A DNA stretch of 64,000 nt from the NCBI GenBank assembly GCA_965207165.1, contig OZ242265.1:1501593-1565592 (forward strand). Reading direction: 5' to 3'. The notes under the pieces are model-generated. The model saw nothing but the letters and a program-made list of their open reading frames with translations, did not search any database and was not told the DNA's origin. The position numbers and the translations under genes were made by a program. Source of the DNA: Gammaproteobacteria bacterium. GTDB lineage: Bacteria > Pseudomonadota > Gammaproteobacteria > Eutrophobiales > Eutrophobiaceae. Shown here piece by piece: positions 47,252 to 57,989 of this stretch (positions are counted from its first letter, which is position 1; each line of letters begins with the position of its first letter).

Positions 47252-48418
47252 TCAGATTGTACGGCTGATTATCAAACGCATTATTTCGGATGTGCCGGCG
47301 AAAATACGGTGCAGGCGAGCCCCTGTATATAAACGGGAGACATTATATTCATCCATATAGCCTGCCCCACCATGGAATTGAACACATTGATCGATAATCC
47401 TGCCTTCCATCTCGCATACCCAGAGTTTCGCCATGGCACAAAGTTCCATGTCCAGCTTGCCATTTGCCCTGTAGTTGCGAATGATTTCGTCAAGGAAGGC
47501 GCGGCCAACAGCTAACTCCGTCTTGATTTCCGCCAGTTTGAACCGGGTATTCTGGAACTCAAAAACAGGTTGACCAAAGCTGTTGCGGTTCTTTACAAAT
47601 TCAACAGTTTCATGAAACGCCCGAGTCGCTGCAGCGTGACCAATGAGGGGCCATGTTATGCGATCCATGTTGACACCGCCGAGCAGAATACCCATACCCT
47701 TGCCTTCAACCCCCATCAAATTACCGGCTGGAACATGAACATTATCAAAAAATATTTCTGCCGTATTACTGGCATGATTACCCATCTTGTGCAGGTCACG
47801 TCCCAATTGAAATCCCCCGCGATCAGCCTCAACAATGATGACCGAGATACCCTGGGCGCCCGCTGCCGGATCGGTTTTACAACCCACCATAAAGAATTTG
47901 GCGTCCTTCGCATTGGAGATATAGGTTTTGGAGCCGTTGATTACCCATTCATCCCCTTTCCGCACAGCCGTGGTCCGCATGGAGGCAACATCGCTACCGG
48001 AAGCGGGTTCTGTGATGGCAAGACCGGCGCGCGCTTCCCCTTTGACCATAGCCGGCAACCATTTCCTGCGTTGTTCTTCGGTACCGTTTCGATAGAGAAT
48101 TTCACTGCAGCCATCGCCAATCAAAGCGGGACCCATGCTGGCCCCGGCCGGGCTGTATCCCAACTCTTCAGCAATCACCATCCGGTACATGAAGTCCCCA
48201 CCAGGTCCACCGTATTCTTCGGGAATATCCACACCTAAAATGCCGACCTCGCCGGCTTTCAACCAGAACTCAGGTTCCGGGCCACCAATTTCTATCCAAC
48301 GGTCAACGTTGGGCTCTACCTCTTCTTCCAGAAAGCGCCGGAATGTCTGGCGGAAAATTTCGTGTTCCTCATCCCAGAGAGCTGGGTTGTGTGGGTAATA
48401 CATTGCTGTTATCTCCAA
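47252..48418 (-). CDS. Acyl-CoA dehydrogenase (paralog of 20934..22106)
   Basis: 388 aa; ACAD domains. Confidence 0.85.
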   Translation of the reverse strand: MEITAMYYPHNPALWDEEHEIFRQTFRRFLEEEVEPNVDRWIEIGGPEPEFWLKAGEVGILGVDIPEEYGGPGGDFMYRMVIAEELGYSPAGASMGPALIGDGCSEILYRNGTEEQRRKWLPAMVKGEARAGLAITEPASGSDVASMRTTAVRKGDEWVINGSKTYISNAKDAKFFMVGCKTDPAAGAQGISVIIVEADRGGFQLGRDLHKMGNHASNTAEIFFDNVHVPAGNLMGVEGKGMGILLGGVNMDRITWPLIGHAAATRAFHETVEFVKNRNSFGQPVFEFQNTRFKLAEIKTELAVGRAFLDEIIRNYRANGKLDMELCAMAKLWVCEMEGRIIDQCVQFHGGAGYMDEYNVSRLYTGARLHRIFAGTSEIMRLIISRTI

Positions 48419-48527
48419 CTATTGAAATCGGCCCGGATACCGAGCTGTAATCAGTGTGCTACGCGTACATGGAGCACATTACCGCGTTTCCCTGTTCCAT
48501 TGTCTATTCCTGGTTGGCGGTTAATTA

Positions 48528-48543
48528 TATAGCATATGCTATA
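48528..48543. promoter_or_regulatory. Perfect 16-bp palindrome TATAGCATATGCTATA (embedded in the 18-bp ATATAGCATATGCTATAT)
   Basis: Intergenic region 48419..48661 upstream of the ACAD. Confidence 0.65.
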
Positions 48544-48661
48544 TTTAACAAGCAACAGGCTTAACAGGCAGACAGCCTGCTACGGCGGAATCCATACACA
48601 ACCGGGTTATCGGTAACCCGAAAATCAGTTCCTTTGTCAGGTAAAACCTTCGGGTTGCTAT

Positions 48662-49906
48662 TCAGGTACGCGGGTGAAACCTGACGTTCATGCCGTACAG
48701 GCCGCGAAAAACTCCCACAGGCATAAAATCCAGTTTCCTGTCCAGGATTTCCACCGACTCAAACCGGTTCACCAGTGCCGTGAAGAACTCAACCAATTGC
48801 AGCTTGGCCAGCAGATGCCCGATACAATGATGCACGCCAGGGGCAAAAACCTGTGAATTGGAATTGTTCCGGAAAAAATCCAGCTTGTCCGGCTCACTCC
48901 ATTCCCGCGGGTCGAAATTCGCTCCGATAACGGACAGGAACACGATATCGCCTTTTTTCAACTGTTTACCATGCCACTTGAAGTCTTCGCCGACAATTCG
49001 AGGCTGGCCGGATGACATGCCAATGTAGCGCATCAACTCGAGAATACAGTCCTGCATCCTGTCCGGGTGTTCATACATGTATTGCCAGGCCTCCGGGTGC
49101 CGGCTCAGTGCTTCGACACCCATGGTCATGGTATTGCTGGTGGTATCGTGCCCGGCGATAATCACGACATTCATTGTCGCGAGCAGTTCGTCCATGGTAA
49201 GCCTGTCACCTTCTTCCGTCGCCTGCAGCAACGCGGTCAATAAATCATCCTTAGGATCGGTCTTGCGCTTTTCCAGTTCCACCTTGCATACCTCCCCCAT
49301 TTCCACGGTTGCCTTCTCGGTTTTTTCTAGGACCTCAGGCGGCGGCATGGATGAGGTCATGCCTTCGACAACCGCGTTCGCCCATTCCCTCAGTGACGCA
49401 AAATGTTCTTCCGGGATCCCGGCCATTTTAAATATCACATAACCCGGCAGCGGACGGGCAATCTGCTCATTGAATTCGATTTCCGGGGATTCCATTGCCT
49501 TGTCCAAAAGAAAGTTGACACGCTCCCTTACATAGGGCCGCAATTTTTCCACCATTTTTTTGGTAAAGGCCTTCATCACCAGTTTTCTCAAACGCGCATG
49601 TTCTTCGCCATCTACACCGACAATCCAATGATTTACATAATGCGATATAGTCGGTATGCGCAGTTCTCGTTCCTCGACCGGGATGGACGCCAGTGAAAAT
49701 TCATTCCGGCCCGCATTTAACAACGGGACCCGGCATTCAAAGCCATCGCTGACGTCTTCGAACCGGGTGACTATCCAGCAATTGGAGGCTTTACTCCAAT
49801 GGACCGGCTCCATCTCCCGCAACTGGTTAACGTCATTGATAAAATCCAGACCGCCGCGCTGGGGATCGCTCAGCAGGTCGATATCGAAATCCTGTCGTGC
49901 CGTCAT
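48662..49906 (-). CDS. Cytochrome P450 monooxygenase (paralog of 22191..23441)
   Basis: FAPGVHHCIGHLLA heme motif; ATG 49906 with RBS GGAGAG. Confidence 0.85.
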   Translation of the reverse strand: MTARQDFDIDLLSDPQRGGLDFINDVNQLREMEPVHWSKASNCWIVTRFEDVSDGFECRVPLLNAGRNEFSLASIPVEERELRIPTISHYVNHWIVGVDGEEHARLRKLVMKAFTKKMVEKLRPYVRERVNFLLDKAMESPEIEFNEQIARPLPGYVIFKMAGIPEEHFASLREWANAVVEGMTSSMPPPEVLEKTEKATVEMGEVCKVELEKRKTDPKDDLLTALLQATEEGDRLTMDELLATMNVVIIAGHDTTSNTMTMGVEALSRHPEAWQYMYEHPDRMQDCILELMRYIGMSSGQPRIVGEDFKWHGKQLKKGDIVFLSVIGANFDPREWSEPDKLDFFRNNSNSQVFAPGVHHCIGHLLAKLQLVEFFTALVNRFESVEILDRKLDFMPVGVFRGLYGMNVRFHPRT

Positions 49907-50001
49907 AAATGCTCTCCAGAAAAATTGCCTAAACAATCCCCGTAACACCTGGTTTGTTTACCGGATATCACGGGTTTATCATTGTTCGATCAGGTCTGCG
50001 A

Positions 50002-51339
50002 TCAGTTCGTAAAACCGGCAAGATCCGATGCCAGGTCGTTCAATATCTTGGGGAACGAATTAAAGCCAATGGCGGCTATTCGCAGGTCCCGGTCAACACC
50101 GGATGTGTACATGGAATGAGCGCCACCCATTTGAATTGCAAGCATCACCGATCGCCAGATGGTGAAAAATTGCATGCGGATATCTGCTATCTTCCAGCCC
50201 CCATTGCTGCGATAGACCTCCATAAACTCGGACCACGGCATAATGGATTCAATCAGTCCCTTACAATAGCAGAGATCTTCTGCCGGGTCACCGGCGTGGG
50301 CGAACTCCCAGTCAAGAAGACCTGTCACTTGGTCGCCCTCCCCCATCACATTGTGCAACCCGGCATCACCATGCACCAGCTTGCGCTCATTGCCTATGTT
50401 ATTCATTTGCAGGTATAACCAGGCAAAAGCAGTATCGAGTATCGGCGTCGGGGCTACTTTTTCCGTGTAACGCCGGTAGAAACTGTCAACCATGGCCCTG
50501 ACGGGGTGTTGTTCCTCGCCCCAGTTCAAGTTGCCGGCGAGACTGCTGCGTTTTATATCAATTGAGTGTACCCGGGCCAATGTGGCGGCGAAAGCTCTTG
50601 CGATTGCCGGCGGGGCATCGCTCTGAAACAGGGTTCCCATGGCCTGGCCCGGCACCCTGGAAAAGGCGATGAATGCCCCCCCGATGACGGAGGTGTCCGT
50701 TTCAATCCACAGGGGTTCCGGGACCTGGATGCCGGCCTTCCATAATGCCACGATAACGGGGTATTCATAGGTGACGGAAACCCCTGTGACCATATGGGAG
50801 AAGTCGCGCCGAATGACGATGGAACGCGCGCCATTTTGATCCTGTACATCTAGTAACATCGTACCCTTTGACCTCCCGCCGGGTATCACTTTCACGCCGG
50901 AGACTTCGATAACAGGATCGTCCGGGAATTTCTCTTTAAGGTATTTACTGAAGGTTTCGTTCGGAATGTTCAGTTCGTCACCCGAACTGCCTTCGGGCGC
51001 GGTACTGTCGGCGATCTCCACCAGGCGTTGTTCAACAGCATCACGGCGGGTCCGGTCTGCAGCGGCAAACCGAGCGATGGTTGCCGCCAGTTCCGGGATT
51101 CTGCTCCGGTCGATTGATTTATCATAAAGCGCAGCGAGGTCTGCCGTAGATATGCCCTGGGGACAGTTGGCGCCATGTTCTTCCGATGAAACTTCAACCT
51201 CGGCGGCAACACGTACCAGCATCATGTCGATTAATTCTGCCCGGTGCCTGGCCTGCGCTGTAGTCACATTGGTTTTTATGTCTTCACGCAGGGCCGTTAA
51301 CAGGCTTCGTATCAGGTCAACCAGAACGGATGGGTTCAT
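50002..51339 (-). CDS. APH-like phosphotransferase family protein (paralog of 36457..37968)
   Basis: 445 aa; LVHGDAGLHNVM...LLDWEFAHAGDPAEDL. Confidence 0.7.
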   Translation of the reverse strand: MNPSVLVDLIRSLLTALREDIKTNVTTAQARHRAELIDMMLVRVAAEVEVSSEEHGANCPQGISTADLAALYDKSIDRSRIPELAATIARFAAADRTRRDAVEQRLVEIADSTAPEGSSGDELNIPNETFSKYLKEKFPDDPVIEVSGVKVIPGGRSKGTMLLDVQDQNGARSIVIRRDFSHMVTGVSVTYEYPVIVALWKAGIQVPEPLWIETDTSVIGGAFIAFSRVPGQAMGTLFQSDAPPAIARAFAATLARVHSIDIKRSSLAGNLNWGEEQHPVRAMVDSFYRRYTEKVAPTPILDTAFAWLYLQMNNIGNERKLVHGDAGLHNVMGEGDQVTGLLDWEFAHAGDPAEDLCYCKGLIESIMPWSEFMEVYRSNGGWKIADIRMQFFTIWRSVMLAIQMGGAHSMYTSGVDRDLRIAAIGFNSFPKILNDLASDLAGFTN

Positions 51340-51359
51340 ATAAACGATTTACCAGGGCT

Positions 51360-51899
51360 TTACAGAAGAATGGTCAAGGCCCCCATTGTGGCCAGACGAT
51401 ACAGGTCCAGTTCGACACGCTTTTTGACCAGACGCAGTCCGCCAGGTGTCCGGGCCAGCGTGGCCCGGACCAGGGATGGATAGATCACGGTCTCACTACC
51501 TTTACTGCGATAAACCGAAGCATTGAACTGAACTTCAGCCTGGCGCGCATCCTGGTGAATAATTCTTACATGCCCGTACATGTGACGGGTGCGAGACCGG
51601 ACATACTCGGCATGGAAACTGTTCTTCTTCATGCGCACGATGCGCTGTTCCAGACGATAGCGATTGTCCGAAATCAGGAACATGGTACTCGAAGATTCCA
51701 GGGATCCAGGGTCGTCTTCACCCGTCGGCGCCACCTGGTAGCTCAGTTCGCCGCTCTCCGACCAAAGCCCCAACCATTCGTCCAGTGCCCATTGGTCGAG
51801 ATGGTCCGCTTCAAGGTACAGAAAATCCTCTACTTCAGACCGGTTCAATCCACAAATTTGTTGTTGCACGTTCTGTTCACCCCGCTGATGTTCAGGCAT
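51360..51899 (-). CDS. Aromatic ring-hydroxylating dioxygenase beta subunit
   Basis: 179 aa; NTF2-like beta-subunit pattern; overlaps the alpha-subunit stop by 8 bp. Confidence 0.75.
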   Translation of the reverse strand: MPEHQRGEQNVQQQICGLNRSEVEDFLYLEADHLDQWALDEWLGLWSESGELSYQVAPTGEDDPGSLESSSTMFLISDNRYRLEQRIVRMKKNSFHAEYVRSRTRHMYGHVRIIHQDARQAEVQFNASVYRSKGSETVIYPSLVRATLARTPGGLRLVKKRVELDLYRLATMGALTILL

Positions 51900-53178
51900 T
51901 CATCATGCGGTCCCACTCGAGCCAGTAAGCACGCATCTGCAACTCATCGTACAGATCAGCCTCAGCGCCTTCACGGGTAATCTCTTCTGCACTGAAACCT
52001 TTTGAGAAATCATTCCATTCCACGTCCGTCGCCTCATAGGCCCGCTGGCATAATTCCAGCATGGCCACATCATCGGGGGTAGCAAAGCCTCCCGGGCCGA
52101 GGAATGACAACATGTTATCCAGCCGTATCTCTCGCAGGGTGTCCGATTCGTCAATGGGACCCAGTGTCCAGGCCCTCACCATCATCCTGTTATACGCCGT
52201 GGGTACAATCGAACGTACAAGCACTGACTGCTGATCATTGATGACGGAATTGGGAAAGATCACCATGTTGCGGTGGGTATCACAGATGACATTTCCGCGC
52301 TCCTCACCCACGCGTGCGATGACTTCCTCACGTTTGGCCTCTACCTCTTCCCTGACCTTTTCACCCATGCTGGGGATCCATTGCGCCACCGCCCTGCCCG
52401 CCTTGATGGCAATTTCAAAACAGGCATGTCCGTGACCAAATGAACGGGCGGCACCGACAGGCTTCAGCTCCATTCCGGAGCCCTTCATCGTTTCCACCAG
52501 GTACTCTACATAGCTTGCGTGAACAGATGAAAGGTGGTACCCGTCGTAACTGTTCTCGCACAGCAATTTATAGTTGGCATTAATTTCATATTCATGAACA
52601 CCGCTTATGACTTCCATCCCCACTGCGGAGTGTTCACTGATCATTTGCAGGCAGTCGGCTGCTCCACCCAGGAACGACTCCAGTGAGTGCGCATCCGGAT
52701 CGAAATTAACGAAGTAAAAACCCGCATACTGCTGCAGGTTCGGCACGCTCAGCAGTGTAGTACGGCCATCGCAGAAACCGTCGGGAAAGGCCGCGTCGGC
52801 TTCGGGTGAACCGGTGGAAACCAGAACACCATCATCGCGATAGACCCAACCGTGATACGGACAGACAAAGGATTTCCTGTTGCCGCCCCGGTCCCGGCAG
52901 ACCGCCGCTCCGCGATGCCGGCAACTGTTATAAAACGCACGAACCACCCCGTTTCTGTCGCGGTTCAAAACCAGGTCCTTGTCAACCACCGTTCGGGTTA
53001 TAAAATCACCCGGTTTGGCGATTTCCGCTTCGTGGGCCAGTGCGATCCAGCTCTTGCGCAGGACTTTTTTCTGCTCCAATGCAAAGACTTCCGGGTCCCT
53101 GTAGGCGTCGCGGTGAACCAGAAAAGTCTTTTCTGCCGGATTGATATTCAGGAAGCGTGATTTATAGCATTTATCCAT
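51892..53178 (-). CDS. Rieske non-heme-iron ring-hydroxylating dioxygenase alpha subunit
   Basis: 428 aa; Rieske CRHRG...CPYHGW and catalytic His/Asp domain. Confidence 0.85.
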   Translation of the reverse strand: MDKCYKSRFLNINPAEKTFLVHRDAYRDPEVFALEQKKVLRKSWIALAHEAEIAKPGDFITRTVVDKDLVLNRDRNGVVRAFYNSCRHRGAAVCRDRGGNRKSFVCPYHGWVYRDDGVLVSTGSPEADAAFPDGFCDGRTTLLSVPNLQQYAGFYFVNFDPDAHSLESFLGGAADCLQMISEHSAVGMEVISGVHEYEINANYKLLCENSYDGYHLSSVHASYVEYLVETMKGSGMELKPVGAARSFGHGHACFEIAIKAGRAVAQWIPSMGEKVREEVEAKREEVIARVGEERGNVICDTHRNMVIFPNSVINDQQSVLVRSIVPTAYNRMMVRAWTLGPIDESDTLREIRLDNMLSFLGPGGFATPDDVAMLELCQRAYEATDVEWNDFSKGFSAEEITREGAEADLYDELQMRAYWLEWDRMMNA

Positions 53179-53197
53179 ATTATCCTGTCCGATTCAG

Positions 53198-54034
53198 TCA
53201 TGAAAGATGCTCCGCCAGGTACGCCTGCAGTCCACAGGCCGGCCTCCCCAGTATTGCCGTTACGGTTTCGGTCACGTTTTCATAAAGCCCCTCACGCATG
53301 CCGCGCGCCATTTGCAGCATCTGCTCCACGCGATAAGGACGAAGCCCTGCTGAGAGCAACGTATCACGCCATTGTTTTTCTGTTACCTCTTCATAACAGA
53401 CTGTCCCGCCATAAGCAGCGGAGAGCAAACCGGTCGTTTCATCCCAGGAGAGTGACTCAGGCCCTGTCAATGTGAACTCGCCACCCAACAGGTCATCGTC
53501 GCACAAGGCAACTTTCGCAACGCCGGCGATGTCCCGGGTATCAATAAAGCTGAGCCTGCTCCCGCGTCCTGCAGGGAAGGCAATAAGACCGCTCTTGACG
53601 CTTTGACTGAGAAAGCCGCGGGTAAAGTTCTGCATGAACCATCCCGGTCGCAGGATCGTATATTCAAGACCGGATTTGATCAGGTGGTCCTCGGCAGCAC
53701 AGAGGACCCGCCAATCCTTATCGAGACCCATGGCAGTGGAAAACACGATCCTTTCTGCGCCGGCAGCGGCAGCCGCATCAATAAAAGGCAAAAGCGTCTC
53801 GTCCGGACAGGGATCGCCTGCCTTGGGAATCATGAAGATGCGCGTAACACCGGACAGGGCCGTAATCCAGCTGGTTGGATCATCGTAGTCAAAAACGACC
53901 TTATCCAGCGCGCCCTGTACATGGATTCCTTGTACGTTTCTTGACGCCGCACAAACATGCCGACCTTCCCCACTTAACTGCTCGGCGAGGCTTGAGCCGA
54001 TATTGCCGGTTGCCCCGATGACAAGAAATTTCAT
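53198..54034 (-). CDS. NmrA-like/atypical SDR NAD(P)H-binding protein
   Basis: 278 aa; MKFLVIGATGNIGSSLAEQL. Confidence 0.65.
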   Translation of the reverse strand: MKFLVIGATGNIGSSLAEQLSGEGRHVCAASRNVQGIHVQGALDKVVFDYDDPTSWITALSGVTRIFMIPKAGDPCPDETLLPFIDAAAAAGAERIVFSTAMGLDKDWRVLCAAEDHLIKSGLEYTILRPGWFMQNFTRGFLSQSVKSGLIAFPAGRGSRLSFIDTRDIAGVAKVALCDDDLLGGEFTLTGPESLSWDETTGLLSAAYGGTVCYEEVTEKQWRDTLLSAGLRPYRVEQMLQMARGMREGLYENVTETVTAILGRPACGLQAYLAEHLS

Positions 54035-54046
54035 TCCGGACCAGGA

Positions 54047-57000
54047 TCAGGCCGCCGAGGCCATAATCCGCTGCGGATACTTATCCCATTCCTTCAGTTT
54101 ATTACGCAATTGGGCGTCGTAGTGACGGATATTATCCTCCTTGATGTGGCCATAACCCTTTATCATTTCCGGTAGCGCGGCAATTTCTCCTGCCAGCGCG
54201 TAGTTGTCTTTGTTCAATGTCTCAATGATACGCTCAATATGCCTGCGGTACTCAACGACAAGCGCTCTTTCGCGTTGCCGTTCCTTGCTGTACCCGAAGA
54301 TATCGAAAGCCGTTCCCCGCAGCCGCTTTAGCTTTGCAAGAACACCGAATAGCGTGAACATCCATGGGCCAAACTCAATCTTCCCGGGCTGACCCGTGCG
54401 CTTGCTCCTGAATGATAGCAGGGGTGGCGCCAGATTGAATTTCAGCTTGTAGTTACCTTCAAACTGCTGCTTCAACCTGCGTTCGAAATCACCTGATGTA
54501 TACAGACGGGCAACCTCGTACTCATCCTTGTAGGCCATAAGTTTATAGAGATAGCGGCCCACGGATTCTGCCAGTTCCGTACTGTCACCGCCCAGGGCAT
54601 CTTCCGCAGCCCGCACCTTGTCAATGAGTTGTTTGTACTCACCGGCGTAGCCTGCTCCCTGATAGTCCGTCAGGTCACTGATACGCCGCTCGATCAATTC
54701 GTCCACAGATTCGGGTAACTGCAGTTCACCATCATCCAGAGATGATTCTGCTATATAACGCTCCACCGCCTCCGGATCATGGGCAGCCATTCTACCCCAC
54801 GCAAGGGTATGCAGATTGGTTGTAACGGCCACGCCATTGAGTTCAATTGCTGTCTCTACCGATTCTACGGTGAGGGGAACCAGTCCTTTTTGCAAGGCGA
54901 AACCCAGCATAAATACGTTGGTGGCAATGCTGTCGCCCGTCAGCCTGGTTGCCAGGGTGGTTGCCGCAACATCTGACAGGCTATCATCACCGACCAGTTG
55001 CCGTAGCACGGCCAGCATGGAATCCTTGCCGAAATCGATATTCATGTTGCGCTGGAACTGGGCGGTAGGAACAACATCATTATTAACAAGAATACTGGCG
55101 GACTCGGAACGTACCAGGTCGGTTACCTGGGCGCCGGATGTCACCACCAGGTCACAACCGATAACCAGGTCGGCTGCCCCGCTCCACAATCTTGGGGCAT
55201 TGATACTCTTTGTGTCGGGCGCAATACGTATGTGGCTCAATACCGCACCGCCTTTCTGGGCCATGCCGGTAATATCAAGAACGCTGCAGGCTTTTTCTTC
55301 CACGTGGGCTGCCATACCGAGAATTGCCCCGACAGTGAGTACTCCCGTACCGCCAATCCCGGTAATCAGGATGTTATAGGCGCCATCTCCTGACACGGTT
55401 TCCGGTGTAGGCAAGCCGGCAAAGATCTGTTCCTGTTCCGTGCGGGCTTGCTCTGCCTTGCGTAGCTGTCCTCCTTCCACGGTCACAAAGGAGGGGCAGA
55501 ACCCGTACTGGCAACTGTAATCCTTGTTACAACTGGATTGATCAATTCGACGCTTGCGGCCGTACTCGGTATCCACCGGCTGGATGCTTATACAATTGGA
55601 CTGCGTAGAACAGTCGCCGCAACCTTCACAGACATCCTGGTTGATATACAGCCGCTTGTCCGGATCGGGGAAAAGGCCGCGTTTGCGGCGGCGACGTTTC
55701 TCAGCCGCACAGGTCTGGTCATAGATAATGGCCGAAACACCTTTCTGTTTTTGCATCTCCCGCTGAACAGATTCCAGTTCATCACGGTGATAGACCCTGG
55801 TCTGGGGCGGCCAGTGCACGGATGCAGGGTATTTTTCGGGCTCATCGGTGACAACGGCAATCGGTTTGACCCCTTCCCAATAGATCTGGTTGGCCATCAT
55901 CTCCACCGTAAGCTCACCATCGATTGGCTGCCCTCCGGTCATGGCAACAGCATCGTTATACAATAGCTTGTAAGTGATATTTGCTCCGGCGGCCAGGGCT
56001 GAACGTATGGCCAGGAGGCCGGAATGAAAATAAGTCCCGTCCCCCAGATTCTGGAAGGAGTGTTCCAGATCCATAAAGTGGTGCAAACCTACCCAAAGTG
56101 AGCCTTCCGCTCCCATTTGCGCCGCGTATTCCGTTTCACGGTCAGGCATCACCAGGGGCACGATGCCATAACAACCCACACCCGTGAACGTCAGACTGCC
56201 ATCAATGGTTTTGGTGGATGTGTTGTGGGGGCACCCCGAACAGAAGTAGGCGGTGCGAAAAGCATTGACCGGAGGCAATTGTGCAACCTTGCTGCGACGA
56301 TTTTCAATTTCAGCCACCTTGGCATGCATTTGTGGATAGTTGATATCCAGTACCTTTAACCGGCGTACCAGTACGTCAACCATGAGGTTAACATTGGTTT
56401 CGCCGAACTCAGGGACCAGGGTGTTACCTTCATTATCCTTTTTACCGGTGATAACAGGACGCTGCGCCTGGGGTAATGCATAAAGCAGGCGCGTTAACTG
56501 ATCTTCAATAATCGGGTTTTTGTCTTCCACCACCATTATTTCATCGTGATCGAGACAAAACTCCCTGATGCCTTGCGGCTCCAAGGGCCATGTGACGGCC
56601 AATTTGTAGATGCGGATACCCAGGTCAGAAGCCATGGCCGTATCGATGCCCAGCTCATGTAATGCTTCCATCAGGTCAAGATAGGGCTTGCCGGCTGTGA
56701 CAATGCCTAACTTGCGCTTGGCGCTATCCTGCACCACCTTGTTCAAGCCATTGGCGTGGACAAATGCATCGACAAGGGGCAGCTTGAATTGAACCAGCCG
56801 GCGTTCCTGAACGAGGGGCATGAAGTCGTTGTGAACGGCATTGACACCTTCAGGCGGGAAGGTGCATCCTTCCGGTGTGATAATTTCCAGTTTTTCCGAA
56901 TCGGCCTCGGCAGTGGAAGTCAACTCAATTGTATCGGTCACGCCCTTAAGAGCTACCCAGAGCCCTGAAAACCTTGAAAGCGCCCAGCCGTACAGGCCGT

Positions 57001-57550
57001 ATTCAATATACTCCTGTGTGGAGGAAGGATAAAAAATCGGCACATAGGCGCCCACCAGCATGGGGTCCGATGAGGCAGAGGTAATCGATGACTTGGCGCC
57101 GATATCATCCCCCGTAAAAATCAGGGCACCGCCATACCTGGAAGTACCGGTAGTGAAGTTACCCGCTTTGATGGCCTCTATCGCCCGTTCTGTACCCAGC
57201 ATTTTTCCGTACCACAGGGAAAAAACACCATCGTATTTTTTCTTGTCCGGATAAAAATCCAGCCACTGGGAACCCTTGATGGCTGACGCAGCCAGTTCTT
57301 CGTTCACTGCGGGCATAAACCTGATGTGATGTTCCTCCAACAGATCGCCTGCAGACCACAATGCCGTATCATAAGTCCCGATGGGTGATCCCCGATAACC
57401 GCTGATAAAGCCTGCCGTATTCAACCCCGCGGCAACGTCACGCCGCCGTTGAATCATGGGCAAACGCGTCATGGCCTGCAGAGTGTTGAGGTAAATCCGT
57501 CCTTGAGTTCGGGTATATTTGTCGTTCAGTTGAACAGCTGTTTTAGTCAT
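54047..57550 (-). CDS. Indolepyruvate ferredoxin oxidoreductase-family (fused IorA/IorB) 2-oxoacid:ferredoxin oxidoreductase
   Basis: 1167 aa; TPP-binding and PFOR domains; 4Fe-4S CEGCGDCSTQSNC. Confidence 0.75.
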   Translation of the reverse strand: MTKTAVQLNDKYTRTQGRIYLNTLQAMTRLPMIQRRRDVAAGLNTAGFISGYRGSPIGTYDTALWSAGDLLEEHHIRFMPAVNEELAASAIKGSQWLDFYPDKKKYDGVFSLWYGKMLGTERAIEAIKAGNFTTGTSRYGGALIFTGDDIGAKSSITSASSDPMLVGAYVPIFYPSSTQEYIEYGLYGWALSRFSGLWVALKGVTDTIELTSTAEADSEKLEIITPEGCTFPPEGVNAVHNDFMPLVQERRLVQFKLPLVDAFVHANGLNKVVQDSAKRKLGIVTAGKPYLDLMEALHELGIDTAMASDLGIRIYKLAVTWPLEPQGIREFCLDHDEIMVVEDKNPIIEDQLTRLLYALPQAQRPVITGKKDNEGNTLVPEFGETNVNLMVDVLVRRLKVLDINYPQMHAKVAEIENRRSKVAQLPPVNAFRTAYFCSGCPHNTSTKTIDGSLTFTGVGCYGIVPLVMPDRETEYAAQMGAEGSLWVGLHHFMDLEHSFQNLGDGTYFHSGLLAIRSALAAGANITYKLLYNDAVAMTGGQPIDGELTVEMMANQIYWEGVKPIAVVTDEPEKYPASVHWPPQTRVYHRDELESVQREMQKQKGVSAIIYDQTCAAEKRRRRKRGLFPDPDKRLYINQDVCEGCGDCSTQSNCISIQPVDTEYGRKRRIDQSSCNKDYSCQYGFCPSFVTVEGGQLRKAEQARTEQEQIFAGLPTPETVSGDGAYNILITGIGGTGVLTVGAILGMAAHVEEKACSVLDITGMAQKGGAVLSHIRIAPDTKSINAPRLWSGAADLVIGCDLVVTSGAQVTDLVRSESASILVNNDVVPTAQFQRNMNIDFGKDSMLAVLRQLVGDDSLSDVAATTLATRLTGDSIATNVFMLGFALQKGLVPLTVESVETAIELNGVAVTTNLHTLAWGRMAAHDPEAVERYIAESSLDDGELQLPESVDELIERRISDLTDYQGAGYAGEYKQLIDKVRAAEDALGGDSTELAESVGRYLYKLMAYKDEYEVARLYTSGDFERRLKQQFEGNYKLKFNLAPPLLSFRSKRTGQPGKIEFGPWMFTLFGVLAKLKRLRGTAFDIFGYSKERQRERALVVEYRRHIERIIETLNKDNYALAGEIAALPEMIKGYGHIKEDNIRHYDAQLRNKLKEWDKYPQRIMASAA

Positions 57551-57597
57551 TGGTTGTTGTCATTGGTTTTTACTCGGTGGATATTCCGGTTACTGGC

Positions 57598-57960
57598 TCA
57601 CTTGACAGTAATGTAAACTTCGCCATCTATTACTGTGACGGGATACACCTTGATTGGCTCCGTACAGGGTAAGGCAACAGGTTCGCCAGTGCGGATATCG
57701 AACTTGCCATCATGCCATGTGCACTCGATAATGTGTCCTTCCAGGTAACCCTCATCACCCAGTGATGCCTTGCCATGAGTGCAAAAATCATCGCTGACAT
57801 AAATCTCATCTCCCTGGACACGGTAAACCGCGAGGGCAGACAGGTCTTCACCTTCTACTTCAACCTGTAAAGTATCTTCTTCATCGACGTCCTCAACTGC
57901 GCACACGCGCACGAGGCGCGTTTTTGCAGCGGATGTCGTTTTCATGTCGTCGTCAGTCAT
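57598..57960 (-). CDS. Rieske [2Fe-2S] ferredoxin component
   Basis: ~120 aa; CTHGKASL...CTWHDGKF Rieske motifs; start ambiguous (57960/57978). Confidence 0.75.
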   Translation of the reverse strand: MTDDDMKTTSAAKTRLVRVCAVEDVDEEDTLQVEVEGEDLSALAVYRVQGDEIYVSDDFCTHGKASLGDEGYLEGHIIECTWHDGKFDIRTGEPVALPCTEPIKVYPVTVIDGEVYITVK

Positions 57961-57989
57961 CAGGTTGCCCTCTCTCACGCATTTCCTGT

